Assembly: GCA_047967505.1 (NCBI GenBank)
Contig: CM106538.1
DNA length: 64,000 nt
Reading direction: 5' to 3' (one strand)
Origin: Dipteris shenzhenensis
Lineage: Eukaryota
Below the pieces are notes generated by a model. That model searched no databases and had not been told where the DNA came from. It saw only the letters and a program-made list of their open reading frames with translations. Both the position numbers and the translations under genes were made by a program. This document shows positions 51,101-62,597 of this stretch, piece by piece (position 1 is the stretch's first letter; every line of letters starts with the position of its first letter).

Positions 51101-53372
51101 GTAGAAAAAGCTCAACCCTACGCATGGTTTTTAGAGTAGGGATTCATGTGGAACAGTGAACTTTTTGAGTACTATGTTTTCTATGGGTGTGATGGCATGG
51201 GAAACTTGATAGCATAAGGGGTAGGATTCTCTACCCCCAACTACTTCTCTACCTTGTACTCTTGAAAAAGATTTGCAACTTTCGAGGGAAGCATTCGTAA
51301 CTACACCTGTCTAAGGCACTCAAATGGACAAGGTAGGTTTTGAGAGAGGTTTAGGGAGGATGAGCTGCCAATGCTTGGAAACCATCCAAAGGTCTGTCTG
51401 ACACTCTACATAGTTGCATAGCTTTGCCTTTCTAAAATAGATCCTGGCTCTAAGGAAAATTTGGGATGCAATTACCTTGTTTCCCCAAAAATTGGAGGCT
51501 GTGATCACAGCCCATGACCCAACCAGGGAGATATGGGGTATACATATTTTAGCTTGAAATGAATTACCAATTGCCATGGAAATTTTACTATATTGTTTTA
51601 CTTTTTAGATGATCTTTGTTTATGTGACCTTGACAATTTATTTCATGGTCTTGGGCAACCCCTTTATTAATTATTTGGAGTTATGGTACATTAAAATAAC
51701 AAGATATAATGATATGTTAATGGCTGAAAGGTCCTTTTAAGGTTTCTTTCAATGGCAATCATGCCCAACCAAGTGGCATCAATGCTGCCAGGCCAAAAGA
51801 TGGGCATCAAAACTCTCTTTGGGATGGTATGTGGAGCTACAACCAAGCCCAATAGATGGACATTAGAACTCCCTGTGAATGTAGACAAAGGAATTTACAA
51901 GGTCATAGATCATATAACTATCTCCCAAAGAATATATACATCTCTATGAAAACATTCCAAGACCTAAAATCAAGATCATATCATGGGATTCAAACCTCAA
52001 GAGAACATGCATCTTAGAAAAGCCCTCATTAGTCAGATGTTTGACAATATGTTAGTGTTCCATATCTGATGATAATTCTAAGTGGTTTGGTACAAACCAA
52101 AAAATAAATAAATAAATAAATAAATATTGGAGATGGACAATAAATAAATAGTGCAGATTGCCCATGGAGATCTAGGTTAGCAATTGGAGACACTACCTAG
52201 CTCTATAACAGCATCTACTGTGCAGCAGTAGTAGAATCTCCGAAAGGCAAAAAGAAGCACACTTTTATAAATACCCTGCCTCCAATTCATCTAGATACAT
52301 CTTAATCAAGTGTTCATTGTTTCATCAATACATGGTATTAAACAAATGCTGACATTTTTAAAATGGATAATTTTGTTTCCATACCTTCACTTTTGGTAAG
52401 ATTTTAATGGAGAGTACCCACCTTCCAAGAATGGCCTTAAAGTTCATCACATCCTTATGTGTATACCAATTCTCATCCATCTAGAGAAAATAAAACCATC
52501 ACATGGTTTCCTTGTGAGGAGACTTTTGATTAACTAATTTTATAAGAATTGGGAAACAATATTATTCTAAATGATGAGGATATGTAAAAATGTATAGTTA
52601 ATAGAAGTGGAGAACCATGAAGTTAGGAAAAAGCTTACCTTTATCATGTCTTGCATCTCATTTTGTATCTCTTGTACCGTTGTATGAGATGTATTTATCA
52701 AATAACAACCACAATTACTATGATTTAATTGTTATGGAGTTGATTGTATCATTTAGAGAACATATTCAAACATGGGGGTGCTAGAACCAGGTCGAGCAAT
52801 GGTTCAATTGGTTCAATGGTGGCACAGGCATATTGAAATAAGAGCAGCTGCAACACTAGCATTCAAAGAGTCCTCAGTATCCCATGTAGTGCAAGCCGTC
52901 AATGCTGAATGCAAAAGAAAAATATACAATTGATCAAATGCAAGACAAAATCATGCAAGGTGGCATGCAACCCATCATAGAGAAGGGCACATATGGGTGG
53001 AGTCAGATGAAATTGATGGTGTAGACTCTTCCAATGTGGATGACATCCATAAATTTTAGAATTTATTTGTAATTTTAGATCTATGAAATGCAGTAAAGTT
53101 AGTGTATCATGCTATGAAAAAAAGGAAAATTTTGAGTTGTCCCATGTTAATTATAGGTTTCTAGCTCTAGGTTGATTCTATGCTTTTGGAGTCTATGTTG
53201 TTGAAAACAAGTATATTTTGTAAATTAGGGTTTTTGGCCTATATAAAGCAAAGGAATTGCAATAAAGAAAGAAAAATTTGAGTTGTTGGATGTTGATTAT
53301 AAGTTTTCAGCTCAACGTTGCACTCGGTTTATGTTAAAAACAAGTATTTTTAAAAATCAGGGTTTTAGGCCC

Positions 53373-53379
53373 TATATAG
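53373..53379 (+). promoter_or_regulatory. Putative TATA box of the H3-like gene
   Basis: CCTATATAGA ~140 bp upstream of ATG 53516, followed by a CT-rich leader; a duplicated copy CCTATATAAA lies at ~53238-53247. Confidence 0.45.
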
Positions 53380-53515
53380 AGGAATTGGTGCCCATTTTCA
53401 TTTCATTGTTTTAAGAGCTCCCACACTCTCACACTCGCACACACTCCTAGTTGCCCCTAATCCCCCATCCACCTCTCTTCCTCTCGCACCCTCTCTGCCT
53501 CTCTCTCCATCCCCC

Positions 53516-54222
53516 ATGGCCAAGAAAGAGCAGAAGGCGAGGAAGGTAGGAACACCAGTATTCCCTGACGAGGATCTACTTCATTGCCTCACCACCCCGC
53601 CCACCCGCCTCAAGACAATAATCCCAATGCAAGAAGCATTCAGTGCGGAAGTCCGCCAGAGAGGTGAGAAGGAGAGCAAGAATCGAACACATAGATGGAA
53701 GAAGAAAGGAGAGGGGTGTTGCAACAACATCAGGAGTAGAGGTCAAAGAACAACCAAGAGTAGAAATGTCATCCTCAGTAGCCATGCACTCCTCCATAGG
53801 CACATGGTCCACGCACACCCTAAGGGAGAGCACAGTAGCACCTCTACATCCAGGCCAAAGAGGTCCTCCTCCAGGGAGACAATATAGGTTCAAATCAAGA
53901 ACCATGGCAGTTTAGAAGATGTGTAGGTATCAGAAGTTCGTCGATCCCCTCATCTTGAAGGTGAGCTTTGCCAAAGTCATTTGTGAGGTCTTGCAAGACA
54001 TTAACCAGGGCCCTACAAATAGGTGGTTTCATAGTCTAGTAGGGGTTAGGGAGGCCCCTTGGCGTATTGCATCAGATGCCCTTCTTGCCTTACAGCATGC
54101 AGCTGAGGCCTACTTGTTGATAGACCTCATGGGATGATGTCTAGTTGGCTGCCATCCATAAGAGCAGGGTGACTGTTACCATGAAGGATATGCAATTCAT
54201 CATACGGCTTATGAGAACCTAG
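53516..54222 (+). pseudogene. Divergent intronless histone H3-like pseudogene
   Basis: N-terminus MAKKEQKARK (cf. MARTKQTARK). Histone fold YRFKSRTMAV*KMCRYQKFVDPLILKVSFAKVICEVLQD..WRIASDALLALQHAAEAYLLIDLM/DDV*LAAIHKSRVTVTMKDMQFIIRLMRT*. At least two frameshifts and in-frame stops. Confidence 0.88.
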
Positions 54223-55121
54223 AATAGTTAGTTTTTTTTTTGTACTAAGCCTTGGGCGATGGTTAGAGATGGTGTATGTACTGCACCTTGGACAATTCTC
54301 AATGTTGTACTTTGCTCCTATAATTGTAATAAAGTGTCAAGGGTATGGCAGACATGAGGGATTCTATTTTTGGAGGCATGACAGGAGATGGGGATGAGAT
54401 GTCTGCCTTTGTCTTTGCAACTTCAATTTGAATTACATGCAATTCAAAGAAAGAAAAAAATAACATAAGATAATATTTTTCCTTTATATTTGCAACCTCA
54501 ATTTAAATTACATGCAATTCAAAGAAAGAAAATAATAAAAAAGAAAGAAATTTGTAGTCTTTATTGATTCAGAGTGCGTTTACAAGGATCAACCCTTTAG
54601 GGCACATTTCACTCTAGCCTACACTTCTTTTTACTGGGTCCCGCACCCTCTTTGGCTTGCCTAAAAAGAGAGGATTGAATGATTTCATTGTCAATTACTT
54701 GGAGATCAGTGACACCAACTAGCCCTACAATGGCCATGATGCTATGGAGGCGCCTGGATTATGTGTTTGAGAACAAAAGAGAGCAATACTATACTTTATC
54801 AAAACAACACGATCTACAATATGATGGATAGGCTTCAGCTTCACCATTCGACTATGGACCCTGACCTTCATAAAGTTTAATTTTCCGTTTGGCGATAGTT
54901 GCTAATGGAAGATCAAAATATGCTGAGCCACTTTGTTAATATAGTGAGAGATTGAAGCCATTCCCCCCATGTTCCACCCTTGTGTATAGCATACTCATCA
55001 ATCCACAAAACATCCTGGAATGATCATGTTACATCAACACCCTAAACCTTGATTTGTAATTATAATAACATATTTATGGAAGGAAAAACTTAGGAATCTG
55101 ATGAAATTTGCTTAAAAATCA

Positions 55122-55417
55122 ATTTAGGGCTTAAAGAAAACAATTTTATTTTTTGTTTTCCTTTCACCCATGTGCCCTAATAGTAGAGAAAATGCACATG
55201 AATTTTTAGCCCCAAAAATGTCAAAGAAGAGAAAAAAGTGGGCTCTGGTTGCATGCTGTATTTTTTCAAAAAGTGGGCTTTGTTCACATGATGTCGGAGT
55301 TCCCTCTTCCTGTGACATTTTTGGGGCCGAAAATTCACCATGTGCATTTTCTCTGCTATTGGAGCACATGGGTGAAAGGAAAACCAAAAATAAAATTATT
55401 TGCTTCAAACCCTAATT
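55122..55417. repeat. Long inverted repeat (~110-bp arms, ~70-bp spacer)
   Basis: 55122-55231 is the imperfect reverse complement of 55304-55417. Confidence 0.9.
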
Positions 55418-55666
55418 TTTTTGTGTAAGAATACATTCTTCTAGTTTTGGGGTCCCTAAACTCACAATATTCTTTAGATGTGTTGAATGATCACATGGAT
55501 ATTTTAAAAATGAGGTTTTTTTGGTGTTTGGATGCTAAACCAAAAACCCTAGTTTGATTCCTTGAACCCTAAACCATGGTTCAATCTAGAATAGTGGCTT
55601 TTTTGCATAATTTTTATCAATGTTGCACAAAAAGCTTAAACATTGATGTATTCTATATGGTGGAAT

Positions 55667-56014
55667 AATATTTTGGTGGAAAACTAGAAGACAATATTCC
55701 AACCTAAAAATTTTAAGTTCCAAGTGAACAATTTCCTTTTGGATTTTCCTTGAACCCAATTGCTCCAATGGCCATGCTTGTGCATAGGGCGAATTCCCAA
55801 CACCAAAAAAGCCTTGGAAGCATGAAATTCGACATTATACAACCAAGGTGCAAAAAGTAGGCCTTGGTGGCATGATGTCAGATTTCATGCTTCCAAGGTT
55901 GGTGCTGGAAATGAACCCCATGCACTAGCAAGGAAAATCCAAAAAGACATTGCTCACTTGGAACCCTAAATTTTTGGGTTGGAATTTGATCTTCCAAGTT
56001 TTCATCAAAATATT
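55667..56014. repeat. Long inverted repeat (~150-180-bp arms, ~14-nt loop)
   Basis: Outer AATATTTTGGTGGAAAACT../..AGTTTTCATCAAAATATT and inner CCTTGGAAGCATGAAAT../..ATTTCATGCTTCCAAGG pair. Confidence 0.88.
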
Positions 56015-57839
56015 TATGAGTTGTTGGGTTTTGCTATGCTAAGCCCCAAACCCTATTCTTAATTCCCTACTGATTGAAGATAGAGCATGCATTTGGCATT
56101 TAAAATAGAATCTACCAAAGTATCATCTACAAATAATGAAAATAAACCCTAAACCCTAAGCTATTTCTACCTCATCGTCTTGCAAAGGGTATCAACCATA
56201 GTGTCCAATTGGAATTCCTTTTTTGATGGATCTTATACTTCTTGTTGACTTGAGGTGCTAGATTCTTCATATGTGTCCTTGAACAACAACATATGCAAAT
56301 CCAAGAATTCCTCCTCTGACATTTGGTACTCTAGCTCTGCATCCTCGATCGCTTTCTATGTGAGACGGATGGCCTCTAAATCACTGAGGCCAGAGTCATT
56401 AAGTGTGCTATCTCATTGACTTTTGGATTGATGGGAGCACTTAAGGACCCCTGGTGGATGTAGGACCCCTCAACATCCTCATCAAACTTGCTAGTTGTGA
56501 AGAGAATAGCAAGGGCTGCATCTTTCTCTATCAAATGAATGGGAGGAGATGCAACATCCCCGTGGGGAGTAGTGTGCTCACACGAAGAGATAGAGGGACA
56601 TTTTCCATGGCCCTACCAAGAGTCTTTTTGAAGTTAGCAGTCTAGTCAAGAGAGCTCCAAATATCCACTGGGACCCATTGGTGAGGGGAGTTAGCAAATC
56701 ATGACAGATTGCCCATCGAGAAGTCCATCAATAAACTGAAGAAAGGGATTATGGGTAGGAAGGCAAGATCTCAAAGATAGGGTAAATCTGGTCTGCTAAG
56801 GCATGAGAATGAGTAGATGAAATCCAACAGTGAAAGGCTTCTTTAGGGGAAGCCATGAGTGTGGGAGCATGCTTGGGAGGACAAAAAAGAAGGATGCTTG
56901 GGATAACAAAGAAGGTTGTGAGAAGTAGGAGTGTGAATAGTGAATATGAAAATGACATTTAGTAATGCACTTTATTATGAGGAGCCACCGCCCTAAAAAT
57001 AAAAATAAAATTCTCCCCCCCACCTCTTCTCTCTCTCCCTTCCTCTCTACCTCTCCCTCTCTTTCTATCTTTCTCTCCCTACCTCTCCCTCTCTTTTTGT
57101 CTCCCTCTTACTCTTCCTATCCATATGCTTCTCCCTCTCTTTCTGTCTTTTATACTTATCTAGTGGTTGAAGCTTACTCTAGGCTCTAAGGCCAAACCTT
57201 ATGTGTGTGTTCTTATTATTTCCTTGGAAAATATTGCAATAGAAAGGTACTAAGTATTTACTTTATTCTCTTTGCCATTTATTTTCATGGCTACAAATAG
57301 CTATACATCTACAATGAATCAAGGATATTGCTCTCAAGGGTACCTATGACTCCATCCTTGACAAATATTTTACCTTGTGTTGAGTAAAGTTGAACTCTTG
57401 AAGTAGCAACATCCACCTTGTCATCACCATCAACATAGGACAGTACTGTCTAGTACTTTTGCATGTTGTATAGCATGCCCAAAGGTCCGCTTTTAGTGGT
57501 GATGTACTTTTTTAACTGATTGAACATCCTACTTGCATAGAAAATACAATTCCTTTCCCTCTCTCCCTCTCCCTCTCCCTCTCCCTCTTCCTCTCTTTCT
57601 ATCTCCATCTCCATATCGCTCTCCCTCAACCTCTCCCTTTGCCTCTCCCTCTACTTCTCCCTCTCCCTTTTCCTCTCCCTCTCCCTCTCTTTCTATCTCC
57701 TTCTACTTCTCCCTCTCCATACAGATTTAAAATTACAAACATTCGCATAGATTGAAAATTACAAAGATTTATAGATTTGTCCCATGTACACCATAGAGAG
57801 CCATCAATTCAAAGTTTTAAATGATTTAACACAATGAAT

Positions 57840-58324
57840 GAAACATCACTTTGTATTATTTGTTCTATTCGTATACCTAACAATGCCTCATGGCCAAGTG
57901 CATTATTGAAACAATGAGAATCCAAACACTTGATCTCAAATCTTTGGAACAAAAAATATGAGCCCCTGCCATCATGTTTCTATTATTTCAAGAGTATGTG
58001 GGGGACAACAATTCTTACAAAGGATGTTTGTCTCATCCCTATATCTAACTTTGTGATTGTCAAGTCTAAAATAGTAGTCCTGGAAACATCACTTTGTATT
58101 ATTTGTTCTATTCATACACCTAACAATGCCTCATGGCCAAGTGCATTGTTGAAGCACTGAGAATCCAAACAGTTGATCTTAAATCTCTGGAACAAAAAAT
58201 GTGAGCCCTCACCATCATGTTTCTATGATTTCAAGAGTATGTGGGGACAACAATTTTTACAAAGGATATTTGTCTCATCCCTATATCTAACTTTGCAATT
58301 CTCAAGTCTGAAATAGTAGTCCTG
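57840..58324. repeat. 243-bp tandem duplication covering the 3' end of the ubiquitin-like ORF
   Basis: GAAACATCACTTTGTATTATTTG..AAATAGTAGTCCTG at 57840 and again at 58083. Confidence 0.9.
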
Positions 58325-60845
58325 AGGAGGGCTTGCTATTACCAACTGCATCTCTTCTTTGATGAACCATATGGTCCACTCCTCTTCCAATTCCAACATT
58401 AGATCAGCTTGTCCTTGTTGAGAAGTACATACTTCAACTACAAGACTGTGAGTCCCATCATGCAAATCATCATCCATTGCTTCCCATTGCAAATTTTTCC
58501 ATCTAAACCTTCTATATGTGAAAGACATGCAAAGATTTTGCCTTCCAATGAAATACCTACAAAAATTGGAATGTGTTTGAAATACATACTATCTTGTAAC
58601 ATTATAAAGAATTATTAGACTCTTCTTACCGACATGTCACATTTGAAGTATTCAATCGACATTGTACCAAGTCTTCACAATGACATGTCTTAGATTAGTG
58701 CTTTATTACATGACGCATAACGAGATTGCATTATTTGATCACCATGGGACTACATAAAATGTCAGGAATACTCATGATCAATTGAAATGAGGTGTTGTAA
58801 TCAGAATTCACAAAATCTAAGAGACTAATAAAGAGATGCGACAATTAAGAACATCAAAACTCCTATTATGGTGAGACAAGAGTGACTCAAAACATGAACT
58901 AAGGGCACCTCATCTCTACTGAGCTTGTCGCTGCATTATAAGACCATGGGCTCAAACTAAGGACTCTACATGTGATAGAGCTAACTCGAGAGCATCTACT
59001 CTACATGACAAAGGTACCTCTACTACAAGACAATTCTCATCTGGGGCTGGAAAAAAGGAGGGAACAAGTCGCTCTGAATGCTCATATACTTGTTGATCAT
59101 GTTGGTTGTCGCCTATGCGAAGGATCACGATCCCATGCAACACGTACAGGCAAAGCGGGAGCTGATTGATCCATCAACGAAGGTAAGTGCCACGTAGTTG
59201 CCATGTACTAGCCAGCCTCCCATTACTTGCATGGTCCAATCAACAATCATCATCTAGCCTAGTCTAATCATGTCGACCAATAGAAACCCCCCCATGAGAG
59301 ATCAACAAACACGATATCTCCTCCACAAATTGAATTCTCCACAACACAGGATCCCCTTTAGAATTTGCTGCACTTCCCATCATTCTGGTTCTCACTGTAG
59401 CAGTAGCTACTTTTCATTGAATTGCTAGCACCTCTAGAGCTTCTTCAAATCACGAGAGGCATGTTGAAGACTTTGCCATCTTTTGTAGGCCATCACCCAA
59501 GATGTTAAAAAAGCTCTTAAACTCAGCCTTTGTTGAGAAAAAAGAAAACTCAAAGAATGCATGCTACTGGCCGCTTCAATTGTCATGTTCAATGATTAAG
59601 CAATGAAGCCTTTCAAGGAAAACCACAAAGACCATATGCCAAAACACTCAAAGAATGCCTGCTACTGGCCGCTTCAATTGTCATGTTCAATGATTAAGCA
59701 ATGAAGCCTTTCAAGGAAAAACACAAAGACCATATGCCAAAACACTGATAGCAATAAGAAAACACATTAACTATTGGCACCCCTTTTTATCAGTCAAGTC
59801 CACCGCTAAGCTTTCTTGTAATAAGAGCAACTCGCATATTCGAGGCGAGATGGTTTATAGAACATCCAACCAAGACCAAAGCCTGAAGAATAATTTGCAA
59901 AATGAATCCAGGATAAATACTTTTTTGATTCTCACAGACTCTCACGACCAGCTCTGACGATAATAGCTTGGTCCCTCATGCAATGCAATCGCAGGTCCTC
60001 ATGATTGCTCCAAATTGTCACAAGCCCTTTGAACCGAATTGCTCTGATACCACGGTTAGATTAGTGCTTTATTACATGGATAACATGATTGCATAATTTG
60101 ATCACCGCGGGACTACATAAAATGTCAGGAATACTCATGATCAATCGAAACGAGGTGTTGTAATCAAAATTCACAAAATCTAAGAGATTGATAAAGAGAT
60201 GCGACAATTAAGAACATCAAAACTCCTATTATGGCGAGACAAGACTGACTCAAAACATGGACTAAGGGCAGCTCATCTCTATTGAGCTTGTCACTACATT
60301 ACAAGACCATGGACTCAAACTAAGGACTCTACATGATAGAGCTAACTCTGGAGTAGCTGCTCTAAATGACAAAGGTACCTCTACTACAAGAAAGACAACT
60401 CTGATTGAGATGGAGATGGGCTGAACAAAAGGAGAGAACAAGTTGCTCTAAATGCTCATATACTTTTGCTGATCATGTAGAAAAGAGTCGATTGCCACCT
60501 ATGCTTCGATCACGACCCCATGCAACACGTAGAGGCAAATCGGGAGGTGATTGATCCATCAACGAAGGTAAGCGCCATGTAGCTATCATATATTGGCTAG
60601 TCTCCCATTACTTGCATGGCCCAATCAACAATCATCATCCAGCCTAGTCTAATCATGGCGACCAATAGAAACCTCCCCATGAGAATGACTTTCCAACAAC
60701 ATGTTATTGTTGTCCATCCATTGCCAAATAATTCAACAGCCAGGTCTAAGCTCTTGCAAGTATATGTTATCGTTGTTTTTCTCAATTGCATACAGCTAAC
60801 GCGAAGAAATCAAGAAAACATGGGAATGGAAGAAACCAGCTCAGC
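58215..60845 (-). pseudogene. Spliced gene with C-terminal ubiquitin-like domain, disrupted by a Copia-like insertion
   Basis: Removing 58688-60703 and a 73-nt GT-AG intron (58557-58629) gives one frame: MQLRKTTITYTC..WTTITCHCEDLVQC..TCRYFIGRQNLCMSFTYRRFRW..LELEEEWTIWFIKEEMQLVIASPPQD. The last part aligns without gaps to ubiquitin [26 protein letters not shown]. Confidence 0.6.
58688..60698 (-). mobile_element. Internally deleted LTR retrotransposon (Copia-like termini)
   Basis: Direct repeats 58688-59299 and 60054-60698, PBS tRNA-iMet at 60041-60052, TSD ACATG at 58683-58687 and 60699-60703. Only ~750 bp of internal sequence remain, with a 98-bp tandem duplication (59550-59745); PPT lost. 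Confidence 0.88.
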
Positions 60846-62597
60846 CTACATAAGTAATTGGCTTCATAGCACTTCTACATAATTGAACATTCTATTTCTA
60901 TATGATTCGCTGATATCTATGCTTGGAAGCGGCCACTCTGGACTGTTAAAGAAGTCAAGGGAAGTGATTTTAATCTTCCATACTGGCCTTCTTGATCCGA
61001 CACTATGAACATTGAGTCATAAAAGAAGGTCCTGTCCTATGATGGTGTGGGACCTTTGTACTGAAGACTCCTGATCTCAACATGGAGGACATGCAACACC
61101 CCAATTATGCATGCTGCAGGCTCCCACTCTTTGTAAGTAGATGGATACAAATTTGCAAAACAAGTACAACACATAAGAAAGTCCCTAGACAAATGCAAAT
61201 ACTTTGAAGCATTACACTAGTTTACTTTGGAATACTTACAATTGGGCCTATGATATGGAAGGCCTACATGTGGATGACATATACATCTATGTGGGTAAAG
61301 ACAAGTTGAATATATACTCAGGTTATTGTTTTGTTACTATGAGACATCTCAAAGTCCAATATCCGTTATCGATGTCACAACTAAGTATAGCAAAATTCAC
61401 AATTAACGATGTTTTGTCTAGTGAACATCTATTTGATTTTTGTCTTGTCATGTGATTTGACTTTGTAACAAAATAATACTAGGTATGCCCACTTCTATGC
61501 ATCATCGAATGTACCTTGTTCAATGCCATTTTGTTGTTTGATTTGATGTAGAATTTGTCAATGTGCGTAATGGCATCACTGGATAACATGTATTTTGCAA
61601 TATGAAATCACATATGTTTCTCAGTATGTTTCTTGAATGTCCAAAATGTTACATACTCATGTTTAGTCATGTTTAGTCATGGCTATGAATTTGGGAAGAT
61701 CAAGGCAAGCAAACCGAAACTAAAAACCCAGGAGAAAAAAAATATCGCTACCACCCAGTAGAGCAAAGAAGCTAAGAAAATCCAAAGAGTAAGAAAAATT
61801 CTAACTTTCAACATATATCTATATTTATTTGAGTAAATCCAAATAATAAGGAATAAAAACATCTATATGTAAAGACATATAAGTAATGTTTTTCCAAAAA
61901 TCCTTTTTGGCCTGCCGTGGGTGCAAGTCATAGTGAAGGCCACATCCAAACAAGTGAAAAATAATTTCGGGGGATTTTTAATTCTCCTTTTATTGACGTG
62001 GCTATCTGCCGTTGGGGCAACCATCGCCTGGACCGCATGGCTGTACCATGTGACCACCTCATGTTGGACAGCCATTGTTTGGACCGGATGGCTTGCATGG
62101 GGGGACACGTGCACCAAGTTCTTATAGCCACATCACACGTGCACCTAGTTCTTGCAGCCACATCAAAGGCGCTCCCCCTCACCTGCCCTCTTCACACGGG
62201 TGCTAGGCTGTTGGGCTTCTCCATCCTTGTGCTGCTATTGGGCTTTGTCACACCACCTTGTCCGTTGATTTTTGTGTTGGCGAGGATTTTTTGGTGTTTG
62301 TATGCTTGCTAAGTATAAATCGCTTGCTCTGATTTCTCAACCGATCGCTCCTCTTCATCAACCAATGTCTGGTGGCCCATGAACGTTCTTTGCCTTGCTC
62401 GTCTACCTTGTTTGTTAAATTTATTCTCTAAGCTAATTCACTGTTGTGCGAGCAAACAATGGGGTTTGTACCTAGGGTGCTTGTGCTTTTTGGTTTTGGA
62501 GCACTGCTAAACTATCTCAAAGAAGCTTTTTTTCCCTTTCGGGCCTTGCATGTTGGTAGTTTCCCTTTTCCCTGGCAAATAGATAATTATTCTCATT

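Noticed and set aside
53516-54222. Functional host CENH3 or canonical H3 gene
   Set aside because: In-frame stops and frameshifts within the histone fold, no introns, and a loop 1 much longer than in CENH3.
55124-55415. Pair of similar ORFs on opposite strands
   Set aside because: Artefact of the inverted repeat.
56145-56159. Interstitial telomere array
   Set aside because: Only two AAACCCT units; too short to call.
58688-60698. TRIM/LARD-type non-autonomous family
   Set aside because: The inner end of the 3' LTR and the PPT are missing, which fits a post-insertion deletion better than a replicating miniature element.
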